DNA of 62,489 nucleotides, the filler included, from Globobulimina sp. (Eukaryota): the NCBI GenBank assembly GCA_003354225.1. It is 24 parts of 24 records of this genome, joined end to end, with 100 filler letters (N's around TTAATTAATTAA, not from the genome) between each part and the next. Parts side by side here need not be neighbours in the genome. Positions count along the whole stretch, not along the records: positions 59,984 to 62,489 come from PIVH01006281.1; 23 more parts are not named here. One strand, given 5' to 3'. A program made the translations under genes and the position numbers. Positions 60,478 to 62,489 of the stretch are shown here, piece by piece (the first letter of the stretch is position 1; each line of letters opens with the position of its first letter). A model generated the notes under the pieces. That model was given only the letters and a program-made list of their open reading frames with translations, made no database searches and was not told the DNA's origin.

Positions 60478-60935
60478 TGTTTCAGTGAAGTAAGTTTTTT
60501 TTTTCCACTTGCAAACATTAAAAGATGATATTTTTTAATGTACGACGGTGGAGTTGTGTATTTGACATTTCAGTTTGAATGCTCAAGTGTCATTATATTC
60601 ATTTTTCTATAGGCACTTCTAATCTAATCTGCAAATTACGGGCTAATAAATCGATAAATGCACAAAAGTCATTTTAGGATGACTTGTTGCTATCCCGATG
60701 CACTTTTATAGGAAAAGTGCAAATTACGGGTCAAAACTGCAATTTGCTGATTATAGATTAGAAATGGCATATATGTAACAATGTTTTGAAAAATTGAATT
60801 TTTCCAAACATTTTTTCCAATTCACACAAATGGTTCAATTCAATCAAGATAAAACAAAAATATACTATAATGTACACACGGTCAAAACTATAATTTACAC
60901 AACAACAATAAAAAATATACAACCCGATTTTATTT

Positions 60936-61928
60936 TCAAAATCCAAATAATTGGACAAATGTGCTCCAAGCATTATATTCCAGCGCATTCAACACAGTGG
61001 AAACCATAAAACAAACAGAAATAATCTTTAAATCTCTCGAGACCACTTCACCAGATTCTTTTCCCATAAAAAATAATGTGAATTGAAAAATGAGTAGATT
61101 CCCAACAGTAACCATCCAATAACAAGCAAACAATGAAAAATGAAAATACGAAACTTCATTTAATAACCCCAATTCATACGATGCATCTACCTTTCTTGTC
61201 AGTGCAATAAAAATGATCGCTGTCATCAACATGGAAACATCAACGATCAATTCTTGCCAGCTCTTTGTGCCAAAACTTCTTTGCCTTGGTCTTTGATATA
61301 AACTAACCAACACATTCTCTTTGATCATGCTCAGTGTGCTTTGAGCGTTTCTTTGAGATGATAATTCTTTCAATTCTTTCCGTATCTTTGTCTCTGGAAT
61401 GAATTCAGTTGATATAACACCAAATATCTCCAGGGATATCCAACATATTACCTTTGACTGCTTAATAGCCATGTACCCCCAGATAATCAAGCTCATCCAT
61501 TTCATGACATTCAATTCTTTGTCAGGAAACATTAACATCCTGGAAGAGATCAGTACTCCAAATTGGAGGAACAACACATCAATAAATCCTGATCTAAACC
61601 CTGCTAATTTTGGTACATTGGACAAAATTGGAACAGCAGACAACCAATTCATGATTGAAAAAAATGACCAGATGTTGAACATTGAGATTGCGTATTGACT
61701 TTCACTAAAATCATATTGACCACTGCCAAAGACTTTTTGAGCAAATGAGACACTAATCCAGCCAACTGTTCCAACAATTGTTGAAATGATGCCAGAAATG
61801 TTATGAATCAAGAACCAGTATCCTCTGTTTAAACTAAAGAACCGTCGATGGAATGAATACCGTGCAACTTTGATGGTGTATTGTAAGATTCCAAATTCCA
61901 TTATCAACGATAACAATTTGTACAGCAT
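60936..61928 (-). CDS. Multi-pass membrane protein of unknown function
   Basis: 330-codon intronless ORF with about eight hydrophobic segments. Confidence 0.7.
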   Translation of the reverse strand: MLYKLLSLIMEFGILQYTIKVARYSFHRRFFSLNRGYWFLIHNISGIISTIVGTVGWISVSFAQKVFGSGQYDFSESQYAISMFNIWSFFSIMNWLSAVPILSNVPKLAGFRSGFIDVLFLQFGVLISSRMLMFPDKELNVMKWMSLIIWGYMAIKQSKVICWISLEIFGVISTEFIPETKIRKELKELSSQRNAQSTLSMIKENVLVSLYQRPRQRSFGTKSWQELIVDVSMLMTAIIFIALTRKVDASYELGLLNEVSYFHFSLFACYWMVTVGNLLIFQFTLFFMGKESGEVVSRDLKIISVCFMVSTVLNALEYNAWSTFVQLFGF

Positions 61929-62489
61929 GGTTCGATTGTGTATTGATTGTATTTGTATGGTTGATGTAATCAGATGTGTATTTATAACGATTTTGGTGAC
62001 TTAGACACGACTGTTGTATTCAGGTAAGATATTTTATGTTTTTGTTTTTGATAATTATTTCGTTGATTCAAGATAAAAATAGGTAATGTCCGAATTATGT
62101 ATTCTCAGCTGTAATATAATAATACAGTCATGACAGTCAAGACAGTCAATACTTCATATGTGATGTTTCAGTTGAGAAGAGACTTCTTAGTTGACATTCT
62201 GAGTTGAAAAAAAAACTAGAGTTTGCTGGATACCCATGGACCTCTTAGATATCATATTCAATGGGATTGATTGCATTTTTTAGTAAGCAAGCCACAAAGC
62301 CAAATTACGAATTTTCATTCATAATAACTTAAATTTGGAGCCATCACATCCAGCATAGCTCAGTGCCAATCGATAACTTGTCTGTTTCACATTTGCAAAT
62401 GCAATTCCATAATCTTTTCCATTGACAATAAAGCCCAGTGTTCGCTCATTTAAATTCAAAACAATTTCCAAAATATCATTTTCTTTGTG

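Noticed and set aside
1-62489. Genome-wide stop-codon reassignment
   Set aside because: Recognisable genes are open in the standard code and end in TAA, TAG and TGA; only one internal TAG was seen

Overview
This window is not one locus. It is a pseudo-scaffold of 24 unrelated ~2.5-kb contigs (2510 down to 2506 bp, i.e. sorted by length), joined by 23 identical 100-bp spacers (N44-TTAATTAATTAA-N44), so gene order across spacers is meaningless. Most contigs are AT-rich, gene-dense eukaryotic DNA with short (52-146 nt) GT-AG introns. The gene content (7TM-RGS, GPS/adhesion GPCR, Ras/Rab, F-box-like 'IxxYW...PxDI' proteins, leishmanolysin, U-box, FIG4, ArfGAP-PH, CFAP157, DNALI1, EXO1, CDF zinc transporter, prolyl 4-hydroxylase) looks like a rhizarian protist, probably a foraminiferan (inference). 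Two contigs look foreign, possibly metazoan: an L2/CR1-group LINE, and an LRR exon flanked by hAT-type MITEs. Several genes break off at abrupt junctions, suggesting amplification or assembly chimeras. The best leads are: (1) a ~1.86-kb unit bounded by 40-bp inverted repeats that encodes a Myb/SANT-like plus Zn-finger protein without a recognisable transposase; (2) a probable Ras(Q61H)-polytopic membrane fusion; (3) an unannotated tRNA-like element with an 8-nt anticodon loop; (4) a signal-peptide-bearing tandem AIG1-like pseudo-GTPase; (5) a LamG-like/FIG4 fusion; (6) two long intronless Zn-finger ORFs that may belong to retroelements. All family calls come from motif recognition by eye; no searches were run.
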